NCBI GenBank assembly: GCA_009914755.4 | Contig: CP086569.2 | Span: forward strand, 14,208,001-14,272,000 | Origin: the human T2T-CHM13v2.0 reference genome, Homo sapiens | Direction: 5' to 3' | DNA length: 64,000 bases | Shown here: piece after piece, positions 17,701 to 34,063 of the stretch | Numbering within the stretch: position 1 is the first letter of the stretch | Layout of the letters: each line of letters begins with the position of its first letter | Program-made: the position numbers and the translations under genes | The notes under the pieces: generated by a model | What the model was told of the DNA's origin: nothing | What the model saw: the letters and a program-made list of their open reading frames with translations, nothing else | Database searches by the model: none

Positions 17701-19954
17701 ATCTCAACCACCACCACCAACACCAACAACAAAGGCACATAATAGTAATACTCCCCTTCAATTCATTTTCAGCTCAGACAAGTTTGTTTTTCTTCTGAAA
17801 TTTTCTTCTGAGGGTTCTGTTTGTTGTGGTCTGATGCTAACAATGTATTCTTAAAGATCTAAAGAAAATGTTTTTTTCCAACAGAATATTCTGTGACAGG
17901 AACAGAGGTCGTTTCTTTTGCCTTTTGGTAACTGGCCTAACAGAGTTTACATTTTATCAAAATAATTCCTATGCCATTATTATTAAGTTTGGTTTGCTTA
18001 GGAAAAACTGAGATTAGAAACAAGTTTCTTTAAATTAAGGTTATATGTCCTTGTATCTTGCTGTATGTGCTTTTAAAGTCTTTGTGATGTTGAGTTATAG
18101 AGCTTTGACTCCTGGTCTAAAAACAGAGTCCTGCTGAGGCTTAAACACTGAAGCCTCATCTTCAAGCTGGTAAAAGATGCCAACCAAAATAAACTGCATT
18201 CCTGAGAAACAGGTCCAGAAATTAAAGCTATTCAACTCCTGAAGGCCCAAGGACTATTGCAAAAGAGGTATGTGAGATTTTAAGGGACAATTTTGAAAGA
18301 TAAGAGAAACTCAGTTCCTGTATAAATTAACCATTAATGTCAAAGACACACTGATACAAGACTAGCATATGTGCCCTATGTCAGATTAACAAGGATTTCT
18401 TGAAGCATTAACCATCTCCTTAAGAAAGATTATAAAGGAGTATGGAATTTATAACAAGATCAAAATGAAAATTATACAGATTGTTTATAAAATTTTGGAT
18501 AACAAATTTAATTGGTTTCATGCTGTTTTTATAAGGGCTCATTGTTTGTAAAGTTAAGTATCCTCAATCAAATAATGAAGGTTTCACCTTTTTTTTAAAA
18601 AAATTATTGAGTTATCACTCTGGTTAAATTAATGATTTATTTTACAATGACCTCTGATCCTATTTTGTAATATCAAGTACTTTAAATCTTTAATATCTGA
18701 CAAATTTTCCAATATCAAATGATAACTTCTGTCTTTTTCTGACCTAATTAGTCCTTTAAAATATTAATAGGTTTCCTAACATCCAAAAACGACATATTTG
18801 GCTTATTTGGCGTAAGAATTCTATAGGAAGCATTGTCAAATATAAAATGGTGCTTGGCTTTCTTGGGGCTGCATTTGTTATGGTGTTCCAAAATTATGGG
18901 AAACTCCTATAATTCTGTTATGTGTAAATGTACATTATTAGTAACACTTATAATAGTTATGTTAAATTATTGTGTGCCACAGAGATAACACATTTTCTTG
19001 TCAATTGTGTCTTTGACTATGACTGCTCTAAAACTTTTAGTCATCCACAGACAATTGTTGTCTTTATTTGGTCCTCTTTAGAAGGTTGTTTTATAATCAG
19101 CTATAAACTCTAACAGGTGCTCTTGAATGCAAGTTTCTGATAACTTGGAGACTGTGACATGAGAATACAGAAAAAACTTTCAGGATTCATGGAGAGCTGA
19201 AATGTTTGTGAATATCAAGCAGAACAGGAATTACCTGCATGGACTAAACTAATAGAATTCGAAGTAATCTTTTAAACTCTTTGCTTAAAATGTTGCTGAT
19301 CCTTTGTTTCTCAGAGTCAAGAAAACTTTCAAGTTAACAATTGAGTACTCTTATGAAGAAAATTTGCAGCAAATTTGTTTCTGATTTCTCCAAAATTTGA
19401 AAACTATTTGAAAGTATTCTTAACAATTATGGCAATACAATTATTTGCATAAGTGAAATAAAAATGTTTTCATTGTTAAGAGGACACAATGGAAGAAACT
19501 GGTTATTTTACCAAGGCTTTGACTGAAATGGTGTGCTTTCCTTAAAGGAGTCAAATGTGACTTATGGAGTCAATAAAATTCCCTTGGGAAATCTGGCCTC
19601 ATACCTTTTTCTGCATGGTCCCTGTAGAGAGTTACTGTCCTGTGGTAAGTAAAGAATGTCACTTTCTGACAGGCCTAGGAGCCCCAATATTATCTTGGAA
19701 AATCAAGAGTAGAGGAATTCAACCAACTCATAGGTATTAATAGCACAAATGCAAGGCTGGGCTCAGCTTTAAAAAAGTCTTAGCTGAGACTACTTCTATG
19801 AAACAAAGTTCCGTCAAAGCCAATTAAAAAAAGAAGCCTATTGGAAAAATAACTATTCTTGTGGCACTTTATACAAATAATATCGCCAAATAGAATAAAG
19901 AAAATAGATCCTACCATGATTTGTCTTTAATGGGAAATTGGAGAAAGAAAAAAT

Positions 19955-20590
19955 GTTTCAAAAACGATAGTAAACCTGTTGCTAGAGTCTAGTATTGCCA
20001 AATTTTTAAATAGGAATAAACCATCCTAGCCATGAAAGATCAGACAAAACCTGACACCAGAGACTCATTTTCTTCTGAAATGCTTTCTCCAAAATATTTT
20101 TTGTTTTTAATGAGGGAAATGTGAAAGGAAAATATCTTGGGTACGTGAAATCACTATGCTAAAGGGAAAGGTCAAGCTGGGTACTGTTTAGGGCAAACCT
20201 GCCTCCATTCTATTTAAAGTCACCCCTCTATTTACTGAGCCAAATGTACACCTGATTGCCTCCTTTGGAGAGGCTAATCATAAACTCAAAAGAATACAAC
20301 CATTTGTCTCTTACCTACCTGTGGCCTGGAAGACCCCTCACTACTTTGAGTTGTCCCACCTTTCTGGACTGAACCAATGTTCATCTTATATATGTTGATT
20401 AATGTCTTATGTCTCCCTAAAATGTAAAATCAAACTGTGCTCTGACCACCTTGGGGAAATGTCGTCAGGACTTCTGGAGGCTGTGTCACATGAACACATC
20501 CTCAACCTTGGCAAAATAAACTTTCTAAATTATCTGAGACCTGTCTCAGATTTTCATGGTTCATTAACTAATGATGAGTTATTGTTTCAT
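19955..20590 (+). repeat. Copy B of the same LTR-like repeat (longest copy)
   Basis: Aligns to 22785-23075 at ~90% over ~290 bp, and to 14360-14810. Confidence 0.65.
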
Positions 20591-20997
20591 GGGGTCAGAG
20601 TTTCAGTTTCAGATGATAAAAAGGTGCTCCAGATGCATAGTGGTTTTGGCTGCACAATAACATGAATAACCAATGCCACGGAATTTAACAAAAATTGTTA
20701 AATCATTACTTTTCTGTTTACCATATAATAAAAAATCCTAAAAATATACTATTTTCACAGCAGAATCAGATTCCTGTGATATCAATGTGATGAAAACATA
20801 AAATGAGGTCAGAATTTTAAACATTTTCTGGAGGTCAATGATATTAACAAATTATAAATTTGAAACTTTCAACAACATATTTTTCAGCCATAAAACTTTC
20901 ATTAAGTTTTAAGGAACAGCTTTATAAAAAAGTTAGTTTTCTACATTCTTTCATCTGATATAGTAAAATGCAGTTCGATTTTATAATTTCATTTATT

Positions 20998-21287
20998 TTC
21001 TTTTTTTGAGATGAAGTCTCACTCTGTCAACCAGGCTGGAGTGCAGTGGCACAATCTCAGTTCACTGCAACCTCTGCCTCCTGGTTTCAAGTGATTCTCC
21101 TCCCTCAGACTTAAGAGCAGCTTGGAATACAGGCACCCGCCACCACACAGGGCTAATTTTTGTATTTTTGTAGAGATGGGTTTTACCATGTTGGCTAGGC
21201 CGGTCTTGAACTCCTGACCCCAAGTGATCCGCCTGCCTCAGCCTCCCAAATTGGTGGTTTTACAGGCATGAGCCATTGCACCTGGCC
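20998..21287 (-). mobile_element. Alu
   Basis: ttttttttgagatgaagtctcactctgtcaaccaggctggagtgcagtgg... Confidence 0.9.
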
Positions 21288-21820
21288 AAATTTGTAATTT
21301 AAAGGGGCCATATTAAGAACAAACAATTCAAACAAATATTTGAGAAATATAATTGTGGTTGCATATGCTTAACTATTTTCTTAATTTTTTTGAAAAAATT
21401 CAAAAACTCTTATTTCTAACAATTCTGTTTCTCCTCATTTACTATTAGGTGTTTTACTAACCACTGTCCTGTTTAAGATACTGTTTTTCAATTTTCCATG
21501 TATTTTTGACACATTTCTGTAAATTTCTTCTACAATTGTTTTAGAGATGACAAGTAATAGAGGAAGACTGCTAATGCTTCCAAAGAAAAATTATCCAGAT
21601 AAAGTAAAATATGAACATCTCTTCATGGCTGAGTAAATACCTGAGCTGACCAGATAATTTTCTTCATATTAAGTATCATTCTGCAAACAGTAAGTAGGCT
21701 TAGTTTATCATTAAAATAAAAAATTCCAAAAATAAGGTAGATGTAAAGTAGGAACTTTATTTCTCCATTAGCAATGTGTGTTTTACATACTGTAATTTTG
21801 CTTACATTTTTAAAAGTTTA

Positions 21821-22155
<335 letters not shown>

Positions 22156-22234
22156 TTAAAAACATACTATTAACAGTATGCACTAGACAATAATTATGAA
22201 AGTAATATGCACTATTAAAAAATAGCAACAATTA

Positions 22235-22489
<255 letters not shown>

Positions 22490-22784
22490 TCAGTAAAGTT
22501 GTATTCAGTTCAATTAAAATGTCAAAGTATTTTTAAAAACTTTATCAGTTTCCCTTAAGAGGGCTCCAACCATTTGGTATCAGAGTTACACAGCAGGTCC
22601 TTGAAGCTCTGGCTATATAACCATCATGTCAGGGTGTAGAGGGTGGCAACATTTATAAACATAATCTAATTTTACTTATATTTAATACTCAGAACTTCTT
22701 CAACTATGTAACCTAAATATTGTATGTTGGATAATGATACCAAATATAAATCTAAAATAAAAATCCACCACAATATTATGTTTC

Positions 22785-23075
22785 AAAAACAATAGTAAAC
22801 CTGTTGCTAGAGTCTAGTATTGCTGAGTATTTTTCATAATAGGGATAAACCATCCTAGCATGAAAGATCAGACAAAACCTGACACCGGAGACTCATTTTC
22901 TTCAAGTGCTTTCTCCAAAAGTTTTTTTTTTTTTAAAAAGGGGAAATGTGAAAGGAAAATATCTTGGGTACCTGAAATCACTATCCTAAAGGGAAAGGTC
23001 AAACTGGGTACTGCTTAGGGCAAACCTGCCTCCATTCTATTCAAAGTCACTCCTCTGTTTACTGAGCTAAATGTA
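22785..23075 (+). repeat. Copy C of the same LTR-like repeat (3' truncated), immediately upstream of UTY exon 22259-22464
   Basis: ...aacaatagtaaacctgttgctagagtctagtattgc...gaaaggaaaatatcttgggtac...cctccattctattcaaagtcac... matches copy B. Confidence 0.65.
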
Positions 23076-23304
23076 TATCTGTTATTATCCGTATATATCT
23101 GTATATGATATCTATATTATCACTTGCATCAGTGCTAAAGATGCTTGCTCATGCACAAGAGGTATAAAATTGAGTGAGAAAGAAAGATAACACACATTAA
23201 AATAAAGACTCAGAATGTTGGGGGAAAAAATCAGTGAGTTTCTGTCAGTGTTATAAAAGTTTAAAGATAGTAAAATATATATTCAATCTTGGTTTTAAGC
23301 TTAC

Positions 23305-23410
23305 CTAATTTAAGAGCTCCAGCAAGGCCACGTATTACTGTAACAGGGTTTTTTGGATTTGTACAAAATTGATGTAATGGAGGAAAGAAAGCATCACGTT
23401 TATTTTCCAA
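23305..23410 (-). CDS. UTY: UTY exon, 106 nt; encodes [35 protein letters not shown]
   Basis: Acceptor ttttgcttttacag| and donor GTAAGC (plus 23299-23304). Near-identical to [38 protein letters not shown]. Confidence 0.9.
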
Positions 23411-24912
23411 CTGTAAAAGCAAAATATTTTGTTAGGTCTCAGATAAATGACAAAATATACCTCAGATTTGTGCCTTTAATAAAATGATTAAATACAATAC
23501 TTCAAATTTGTGAGTTTTTTTCCATCAATCTGGCTATTAAAAATCTGCAGTGCATCCTAACCTTTGATATTATGTTGCTACATATTACAGTATTGTATCA
23601 TTTGTCTTGTCAGGAAAGTGTGGAGGTAATAGCTAAAAAAAACCCTCTCTTTTAAAAATTACATTTTAAATTTGATTCACTTTAAAACTGTTACCTATCT
23701 CTTATACCACAGTGATTTATAAAATTCTTTTAAATTAGTTGAGTTGTTCGAAAGTATTTCCCAAGCATATTTTTTGAGTTATCTTCTATTGCTTCTTAAA
23801 TGAGACAACAGGTAGAAGAGACATTTAAAGTTTAAAATCAAACTGTTTTATAAACTATTAACAAAACTTTTAGAGAATAAAAACCACAACAGGCAAACCT
23901 TAAATTTGTATTTATTGCCTCAAAGTTTCAACTGAAACGCTTATTTTTAGTCTCTCTTCCATGACTCTTCTAATACCATCGTCAATAAATTTCAACTAGG
24001 TAAAAAATTAATATTGAACATCTGTCCAAAGAAAGGCCAGTATCTCCAAAATCCTCTCGTACAGATCTGTTTCGAGATCATTCTAATTACTGTATCTTCA
24101 TATTTTAGGTTAAGATTCTTTAACTTGTGAAGGAGAATGAAAAAGTTGGGTGACACAAACTCTTCAGAAGGAAAAATACATAAAAATTATTTTGATGAAA
24201 GCCACAGCAGCTTTATCAAATGCTTACGTTGCTAAATAGTAAAAAAAGCCACTTAAATTCCAATGGAAATTTTATACCCACATGTATTTATGTAAAACTT
24301 TTAAATAACATGTATTCATAATCACTTTTATATCCTCAACCAGTTTTTATGAAGCTAGAAAAAAATTCCTTTATTAAAGAAATGTAACATTCAACAGGTA
24401 TACATAACTAGCAGTGTCAGAATTCAGATTTAGAACCATGTTTACTAAAAGCTTACCCTGGAACAATTATCTTTTGCTACTCTCATATAATCCCAGTCAA
24501 TATTTGAGAAGGCCTTAATTTTTCTAGACAAAATCTGTTTGCATATCTGGTGGTCAAGAACCTTTTCTGTCAAAGGCCAGATAATAAATATTTTTGGCTT
24601 TATGGGCAACCTAGTCTCTTTAGCAAACTCTGTCAATGTACTGCAAATGCAATCATAAAGACAGTAACTAAATAAATAAGCATAGTTATGTTCCAATAGA
24701 ATTTTATTTTCAAAAGCAGGTTGGTGGGCAGCACTTCGAGTAAGAGCATTCATTTGTTAAGTGCCCTGAAATATAAACATGTTCTTCTGAAATATTAAAC
24801 CTTTGAGAGTAAAGTCTATGCTCCCTAAGGCAATCTGGCTTGATTTAAAGAATACATCGATTTTCTACAAGACACATTAGTTCAGACTCTCGATTTATTT
24901 ATAAGTTACTCA

Positions 24913-25056
<144 letters not shown>

Positions 25057-26652
25057 TTAAAAAGAAGCAGAAGAAATGTATCAGTTACATATTTATTTTA
25101 AAACTAGAAAAAAAAGAAAATCTGAATTAAAAGTCAGGCATAAGGCATTCACTAAAATACAAACAGTGTAAGATATTCAGATCCATTAAACAAAAAATTG
25201 AGGACTATTAAATTTCAGCAGATGTGTTATAAAAGCTAAACAAAATATACTACACAGAGTGCATGAGCTAAACAAAATACACTACAGAGTACATAAAGTG
25301 TTGACAAAATTCCTCGTTATTCATTTTCCAATTTGCTTTCTCATATCAAACATTAATATAAACTCAAATTTCTCTCCAACATGTGCCACCGTTAAATGTT
25401 CTCCATAAAATGATAAAACAGTTGATCAAGAAGTGATTTACGTATCCTTAATATCATAGTATATCTCCTTTCTGACACTGCATCTTAGTAATTATTTCTA
25501 GAATACCATTGTGACAACTTTCAAATCCAGAAAGCTCATTAGTTTCATCCTCAAGACTTGTTTTCTGTGGAATTAGCAAATAATGAGATTCCATTTACTA
25601 AACTTTCACATCTTATAATTTTAAGTGAAGTGTGTAGTTGCTCTGTGTTGTCACACTGTTCATAATCATTACTTAACAGTATTTGGATTTTTCCTTTAAT
25701 GAAAGGTATAGTATTTGTTAAATTATTAATATAAATTCTTAAAATATGGTAAAATTACTTCCATAATCCAATTCTTCTTTTAGTATGCAAATAAGAAGTA
25801 TATTCCTAAACCTTAATATTTTAACAAATTCAGAAAATTGGCAAGCCTTTCAAATTATTCAAGCTGTCTCACCTAATTATTAAAATTCTAAAATAATCAA
25901 TGCATTAAAATATCAAAGGAATGAGCTCTTAAAAATGTTAATATTTCAGACAAAAATCTGAAAACTCTGTTTTGGAAAGTAAAAAATACATTACATCAGT
26001 AACCGCATTTATTTCAGAATCAATTATGTTTTTATTTCAATATATAGAATAATAAAAGCTGAAGCAAAAGCTTGTTTTGCTTTATTTTCCTACACAGAAA
26101 AAAACTTTCAAGTCATGCCTCTGTGGTTGGACTAATAAAAATGAAACTTTGAAATGCAACATATACACTTTTAAGATGTCATAGTAAACAGCTGTTAGGG
26201 TGTATAACCTTTTTAAACAACTAAAAAGGTCTTATGCATTTTTAAGTTATGAATTAGGTTAGAAATTTGACTTCTCTATTTTTTAAATAAAAAATGTGCA
26301 AATATCTATTAAACATTTACATTTAACTACCTATTACATTCTAAAGTAGTATCTAGATTTCAGTCTCTCTCCACAAAGCATAATGACCCATAGGTTTAGT
26401 TATAAATGATACATGTTAAGCTTTAAAACTTAAATACGGAACTGAACCTAATTCATAAACTCCTTAGAATTTCTGTTTTAAACACATAGAATATACTTTG
26501 TGAAGAGACAATTCAAGTATTCTCACTATACCAGTACTTAATTGTACTAAATTTGGTGAAGTATTTAATTGTACTAGAAATTTCTTTATGTTAATTTCTT
26601 GTAGTATCAAAAATTATTTGAACAACCACCTCCGTAAAAAAAGAGACTATGC

Positions 26653-26985
<333 letters not shown>

Positions 26986-28940
26986 AAATTGGGATTTACT
27001 GTAGAATTCTGTTGTTGTAATTTCTACAGTCTATAAAAGAAAAAACAGTGGATATATAGGAAGCTAAAGCAATGGAAAATATAGATACCTAAATGTGAAA
27101 AAAGAAAGAAAAAGATGAGGCATGAGCAGAAGAGTCATGATTCAATCACTAACACATGATATCACTTAATTTATTTGAATTCAGTTTTCTCCCCAGAATG
27201 GATGCTATTATCAACTGACTGAATTGGTGTGCACATAGAAACTATCATTTCTCATTCTGGCTTTTTCTCTACAACTCAGAATAATTTTATTCCCAACTTT
27301 AGAATCCATCCTTTTATTCTCTTTCTTTCTGTGATTGTTTTCTTTTTCTTTCTTAATTTCTCTCTTATTTTCTTTTTGGTATGTTACCTTCACTAGCAAA
27401 TTGGAAGCTACATTTATTGGAATAGTGTTTCAGCCACAGATACTTACAATATTTTAAAGATACACTATTTACAGCTTTTAAAAATAAAATTATCCATTTC
27501 TGGTAAGGTAAAGTCCTTTTACCTTGTCTAACCCAAAAATAACTCTTTAAGAACGCATTTTATTATAAAGTGATTGTTTATATACACCTCAAAATGAGAT
27601 AGATTAAAATCTATAGTCCATTAAGAAATATAAAACATATCAATTTATTTAATTATTATTTTGCAAAAAAATTATCATCACTACTCCATTACTGCTCCCC
27701 AAGGTTGTCGCAATCATAAATTATATACAAGCAAGAAATTTTGATTTCATCTTAGACGCTGATCAGTTAATATACATTTAATGGCTGACACACGATGGTT
27801 TCTAATAAAATAATCTAAATGCCTGAGAGTCTAATCAATGCTTAGATACAGTCATAGAGAAAAAACACGTGACATCTTAAGATCTCACAGTATGAGGAAA
27901 AGAGTTATATAATCGTGAAGCAAAAATTGTTTTCAAATTTGAAGTTTAAAAACTTTTTAATAAAATGACCAAAGTAGATTAAAAATAATGTTTAGATTGT
28001 CTAGTTATAGGTTATTTATTTTCTGTTAATTTGCATCTAATTTCAGAAAGCTCTTTTATGAATCTAATAAAACCAATATATTATTGTTAAAATTTCGAGG
28101 TTTAGGTACTAAAAATATAGAAGTAATACAGTATGTGTTTTAGGCATGCGAAATGACTTTCACTTACATTTTATACTCTTCTATACAGAACATTTATAAG
28201 AGTTAAGATAACTTATTAAGATTTAATTTTATTGTGTTTAAAGTCTATGTTAGGTTTGTCTTTGAGGCAGTCCAAACTCTGTAAAACTGACTGTGATAAT
28301 GATTGCACACATCTGGTAATCTGCTAAAACCAAATGAACTGTAAACACTACATGACCAAACCGTATAGTATGTGAATTATATCTCAATAAAGCTGTTTTT
28401 TTAAAAAGGTGGATTAGGCTCTTTGAGGTAATCGATGTGTTGGCTTAATATCAAAGAAAGTGTTCCTGATTCTTTTTTGAGGGAAGGGAATGAAAACCAA
28501 TTTTTAAACAAACATGTGAACCCCCATTGCTTAAAACAGTAGCACAATATAGCAAGTCTTACCAGACTGCCTGCATTCTCCGTGCATTTCCTGTCTCTCC
28601 TGAAACTATGTAACTTCTAGACTCTGACAAAATGTTTTCTAAAATGTAAGCAAAGACTAGCCTTAATAATCAGTAAGGCCTATTCCTACTCTTAACATTC
28701 TACAGCTCTAACTAAAAAGGAAACAAACAATAGGATATTCCAGGCTTTGCTGTTCCCTATGTGAGGACTTCCCTTATTGTCTTTCAATTCCCAGAATGAG
28801 GTTTATCACAGAGAAACTGATGATCCTAATAACCAATAAAGGTTTGTAACACTAGAAAAAGACATAATCTCGCAGATAAAGCAGTTCACAGAAAAATGTT
28901 TTCCATATCTAATACAGTGATAAGATAAAACCAGTGTTTC

Positions 28941-31900
28941 CACAATGGCCAAATAGGAACAGCTCCAGTCGGCAGCTCCCAGCGAGACCAACACAGAAAG
29001 AGGGTGATTTCTGCATTTCCAACTGAGGTACCCAGTTTATCTCACTGGGACTGGTAAGACAGTGGGTGCAGCCCACAGAGGGCAAACAGAAGCAGGGTGG
29101 GGGCACCACCCCACTCAGGAAGTGCAAAGAGCCCAGGGACCTCCCTCCCTCAGCCAAGGGAAGCTATGAGGGACTGTGCTATCTGGCCCAGATATTATAA
29201 TTTTACCAGTTTTTGCAATCCGCAGATGAGGAGATTCCCTCGTGTGCTTATACCACAAGGGTCCTGGGTTTCAAGCACAAAACTGAGCGGCTGTTTGGGC
29301 AGACACGGAGCTAGTTGCAGGAGTTTTCTTTGCACCCCACTGGTGCCCAAAACCCAAGAGAAACAGAACCATTCACTCCACTGGAAAAGGAGCTGAAGCC
29401 AGGCAGCCAAGTGGTCTCACTCAGCAATGCCCAGCAAACTAAGATCTACTGGCTTGAAATTCTCACTGCCAGCACAGCAGTCTTAAGTCAACCTGGGAAT
29501 GACTAAGCTTGGTACAGGGAGAGGCATCTGCTTTCCTGGGGCTTCAGCAGGCAGTTTTCCCTTTGGCAGTGCTAAGGAGGCCAGGCGGTTTGGATTGGGT
29601 GGAATTCATCACAGCGCAGCCAAGAGGCTGGGGCCAGACTGCCTCTCAAGATTCCTCCTCACTGGGTAGGGCATCTCTGAAAGAGAGGCAGCTGCCCCAC
29701 TCAGGGGCTTTCAGATAAAACTCTCATCTCCCTGGGACAGAACACCTGGGGGAAGGGGTGGCTGTGGGCACAGCTTCAACGGGCTTAAACTTTTGTGTCT
29801 GACAGCTCTGAAGAGAGCAGTTGATCCTGATAAAAAGGATTCTCTCAGCACAAGGCTTAAGCACTGCTATAGGACAAACTGCCTCCTCAGGTGAGGCCCT
29901 GACACCTATGCCTCCTGACTGGGAGAGACCTCACACAGGACTGATCCAGCTGGGATCAAGCCAGTGCCCCTCTGGGACAAAGGCAGCAATCTTTGCTGTT
30001 CTGCAGCCTGCACCTGATACCCAGGCAAAAAGGGTCTGGAGTGAATCTCCAGAACACTGCAGAAGATGGGCCTGTTAGAAGAAAAAACAACGTCATCAAT
30101 AAAAAGGACCTTCACACAAAAGCCCCACCCAAAGGTCATCAGCCTCAAAGATCAAAGGCAGATAAATCCACGAAGATGAGGAAAAACCAGTGCAAAAAAT
30201 GCTGAAAATTCTAAAAACCAGCATGCCTGTTCTATCCAAAGGATCACAACTCTTCTCCAGCAAGGGCACAGAACTGGACAGAAAATGAGACTGACAATTT
30301 GACAGAAGTAGGTTTTAGAAGGTGGTTAATAACAAACTCATCTGAGCTAAAGGAGTTAAAGAACCTTGATAAAAGATTACAGGAAATGCTAACTAGAATA
30401 ACCAGTTTTTAGAGAGGAACATAAATGACCTGATGGAGCTGAAAAACACAGCATGAGAACTTTGTGAAACATACAGAAGAATCAACAGCTGAACTGATCA
30501 ATTGAAAGAAAGATATCAGAGATTGAAGATCAACTTACTGAAATAGGAGTGAAGACATTATTAGATAAAAAAGAATAAAAAGGAATGAACAAAGCCTCAA
30601 AAAAAACAGGACTATGTGAAAAGACCAAACCTATGATTGACTGATGTACCTGGAATTGATGGAAAGAATGGAACCAAGTTGGAAAAAGCACTTCAGGATA
30701 ATTTTGAAGAAATGGATAAATTCCTGGAGACATACAGTCTCTCAAGACTAAACCAGCAGAATTCCAATCTCTGAATGGAACAATAACAAATTCTGAAATT
30801 GAGGCTGTGATAAATAGCCTACCAATCAAAAAAGGCCAAGGGCCAGGATTCACAGCCAAATTCTACCAGACGTACAAAAAGGAGCTGGTACTATTCCTTC
30901 TGAAACTATTTCACACAATAAAAAAATAGGGACTCCTCCCTAACTCACTTTATGAGGCCAGCATCATCCTGATACCAAAACCTGGCAGAGATACAAGAAA
31001 AAAACAAAACAAATCCGGCCAATATCCCTGATGAACATTGATGAAGAAATCTTCAATACAGGCAAACCAAATCCAGCAGCACATCAAAAAGCTTATCCAC
31101 CACAATCAAGTTGGCTTCATTCCTGGGATGAAAGCCTGGTTCAACATAACACAAATCAATAAACGTAATCCATCACATAAACAGAATCTATGATAAAACC
31201 CACATGATTATTTCAAGATATGCAAAAAAGGCTTTAATAAAATTCAACATCCCTTCATCCTAAAAATTCTCAATAAACTAGGTATTGATGGAACATGTCT
31301 CAATAAGAGCTATTTATGGCAAACCCATAGCCAATATCATATGGAATGTGCAAAAGCTAGAAGCACTCCCTTTGAAAACCACTACAAGACAAGGATGCCC
31401 TCTCTCACCATACCTATTCAACATAGTATTCAAAGTTGTGGCCAGGGGAATCAGGCAAGAGAAGGAAATAAAGGGTATTCATATAGGAAGAGAGGAAGTC
31501 AAATTGTCTCTGTTTGCAGATGACATGATTGTATATTTAGAAAACCCCATCATCTCAGCCCCAAAACTGCTTATAAGCTGATATGCAACTTCAGCAAAGT
31601 CTCAGGATACAAAATCAATGTGCAAAAATCACAAGCATTCCTATACACCAGTCATAGACAAAAAGAGCCAAACCATGCATGAACTCGCATTCACAATTGC
31701 TACAGAGAATTAAATACCTATGAATACAACTTATGAGCACCACTTCAAGGAGAACTACAAACCAGTGGTCCAGGAAACAAGAGAGGACACAAACAAATGG
31801 AAAAACAGTCCATGCTCATGGATAGGAAGAACCAATATAGTGAAAATGACGTGCCCAAAGTAATTTATAGATTCAATGCTGTACCCATAAAGCTACCATT

Positions 31901-34063
31901 GACTTTCTTCACCAAATTAGATAAAACCACTTTAAATTTCATATGGAATTAAAAAAAGAGCTCATATAACTAAGACAATCCTAAGCAAAAAGAACAAACC
32001 TGGGGGCATCGCACTACCTGACTTCAAACTATACTACCAGGCTACAGTAATGAAAGCACAGTACCGGTACCAAAACAGATATATAGACCAATGAAACAAA
32101 ACAGAGGCCTCAGAAAAAACACCACGCATCTACAACCATCTGATCTTTGACACCCTGTCAAAAACAAGCAATGGGGAAGGTATTCCCTATTTAATAAATG
32201 GTGTTGGAAAAACTGGCTAGCCATATGGAGCAAACAGAAACTGTACCCCTTCCTTACACCTTATACAAAAATTAACTCAAGATGGATTAAAACTTAAATG
32301 TAAAACCTAAAACCATAAAAACCCTAGAAGAAAAACTAGGCAATACCTTTCAGGACACAGGCATGGGCAAAGACTTCATGACTAAAACATCAAAAGCAAA
32401 TGCAACAAAAGCCAAAATTGACAAATGGGATCTAATTAAACTAAACAGCTTTTGCATAGCTGTTGGGGAAAGGCTTATGGAGTGCCTGTATAAACTGGCC
32501 ATAAAAATATGGGACAATAAGTTGTGGAAAGCCATAAAAGGGCTCTGAGGAGGAAAGCTTTCTTATCACCATTATGTTCCCATGCTCTAAGCAAGACCTG
32601 CTCTCTTACCTAGAAACAGTGTGTTAAAGGAGAAAGACACTCCTTTGAAGCACTGGAATGTGGCTGGACATGCAGCCTCCTAGTTCAGCCTGCTCCCACC
32701 AGCCGCTCTTCAGTAAGTTAAAGATATGCTGATTGAGCACAAAAGAGATTCACTTAAACTGCCACTGCTATAAGATTATGTGTATGACGCACTGCCTCCC
32801 TTTCACCGTTTCGCCCTGAACGTCTGCTTCTTAGATCTAAGTGATTGTACTCAACAGTGTGGAGACCAGAGCTCTAAGCCTTTGCAGCCTCCACATTTTG
32901 CACTGGCCCCCTGGCTCCCACCTTTATGAACTCTTGTCTCTTCTCATTTCTTTGTCACCATTGAACTTCAGGTACCCACGGGTGGTGATGAGGCTGGACC
33001 CCAACACGCAGCAAAAGAAACTATCATCGGACCGAACAGGCAACCTACAGAATGAGAGAAAATTTCTGCCATCTTTCCATCTGACCAAGGTCTAACATCC
33101 AGAGACTACAAGGAACGTAAACTCATTTACAAGAAAGAACAGCCTCATCAAAATGTGGACAAAAGGTATGAACACTTCTCACAACGAACTTAAAACAAAT
33201 TTGTAAGAAAAAACCAAAAAGCTCCATCAAAATTGGGCAAAGGGTATGAACAGAAACTTCTCTAAAGAAGATATTCATGCTGCCAACAAACATGAAAAGC
33301 AGCTCATCATCACTGGTCATTAGAGAAACGCACATCAAAACCACAATGAGATACCATATCACAACAGTAGGAATGATGATCATTAAGAAGTCAGGAACAA
33401 CAGATGCTGGCGAGGCTGTGGAGAAATAGTATGCTTTTACACTGTTAGTGGGAATGTAAACTAGTTCAACCATTGTGGAAGACAGTGTGGCGATTCCTCA
33501 AGGATCTAGAACCAGAAATACCATTTGACCAAGCCATTCTATTACTAGGTATATACCCAAAGGATTATAAGTCATTCTACTATAAAGACACATGCACATA
33601 TTATTGCAGGGCTATTTACAATAGCAAAGACTTGGAAGCAACTCAAATGCCCATCAGTGATAGACTGGATAAAGAAAATGTGGCACATATACACCATGGA
33701 ATACTATGCAGCCATAAAAAGCATGAGTTCATGTCCTTTGTGGAGACACGGATGAAGCCTGAAGCCATCATTCTCAGCAAACTAACACAGGAACAGAAAA
33801 CAAACACCGCATTGTTTACACTCCTAAGTGGGAGTTGAACAATGAGAACACATGCATATAGGGAGGGTAACATTACACACCAGGGCCTGTCAAAGGCTGG
33901 GGGCAAGGGGAGGCAGAGCATTAGGACAAATACCTAATGCATGCAGGACTTAAAACCTAGATTACAGGTTGATATGTGAGGCAAACCACCATGGCACATG
34001 TGTACCTATGTAACAAACCTGCACATTCTGCACATGTATACTAGAACTTAAAGAAAAAAAAAA
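28941..34063 (+). mobile_element. L1PA-like LINE-1 with an intact 5'UTR start, a large internal deletion joining ORF1 to the ORF2 RT domain, and a ~550-bp foreign insert at 32456-33009
   Basis: The 5' end ...atggccaaataggaacagctccagtc... matches the L1 5'UTR start. The ORF1 start ATGaggaaaaaccag is at ~30176. ORF2 motifs [12 protein letters not shown] and the C-terminal MWKTVWRFLKDLE...IPFDQAI..GIYPKDYKSF appear. The 3' end has an A-rich tail at ~34050-34063. It ends ~200 bp from the donor of the large UTY exon. Confidence 0.85.
32456..33009. mobile_element. Unclassified ~550-bp insertion (possible solo LTR) interrupting L1 ORF2
   Basis: L1 ORF2 coding sequence stops after ...KLNSFC and resumes exactly at ...VNRQPTEWEKIF equivalent. 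The insert starts TGTTGG... and ends ...CA. No coding homology is recognisable. Confidence 0.4.

Noticed and set aside
18100-18480. Stretch with peptide-like reading …MPTKINCIPEKQVQKLKLFNS… that briefly looked like a retroelement pol fragment
   Set aside because: No conserved retroviral or LINE motif could be matched by eye and the frame breaks quickly. It is left unannotated.
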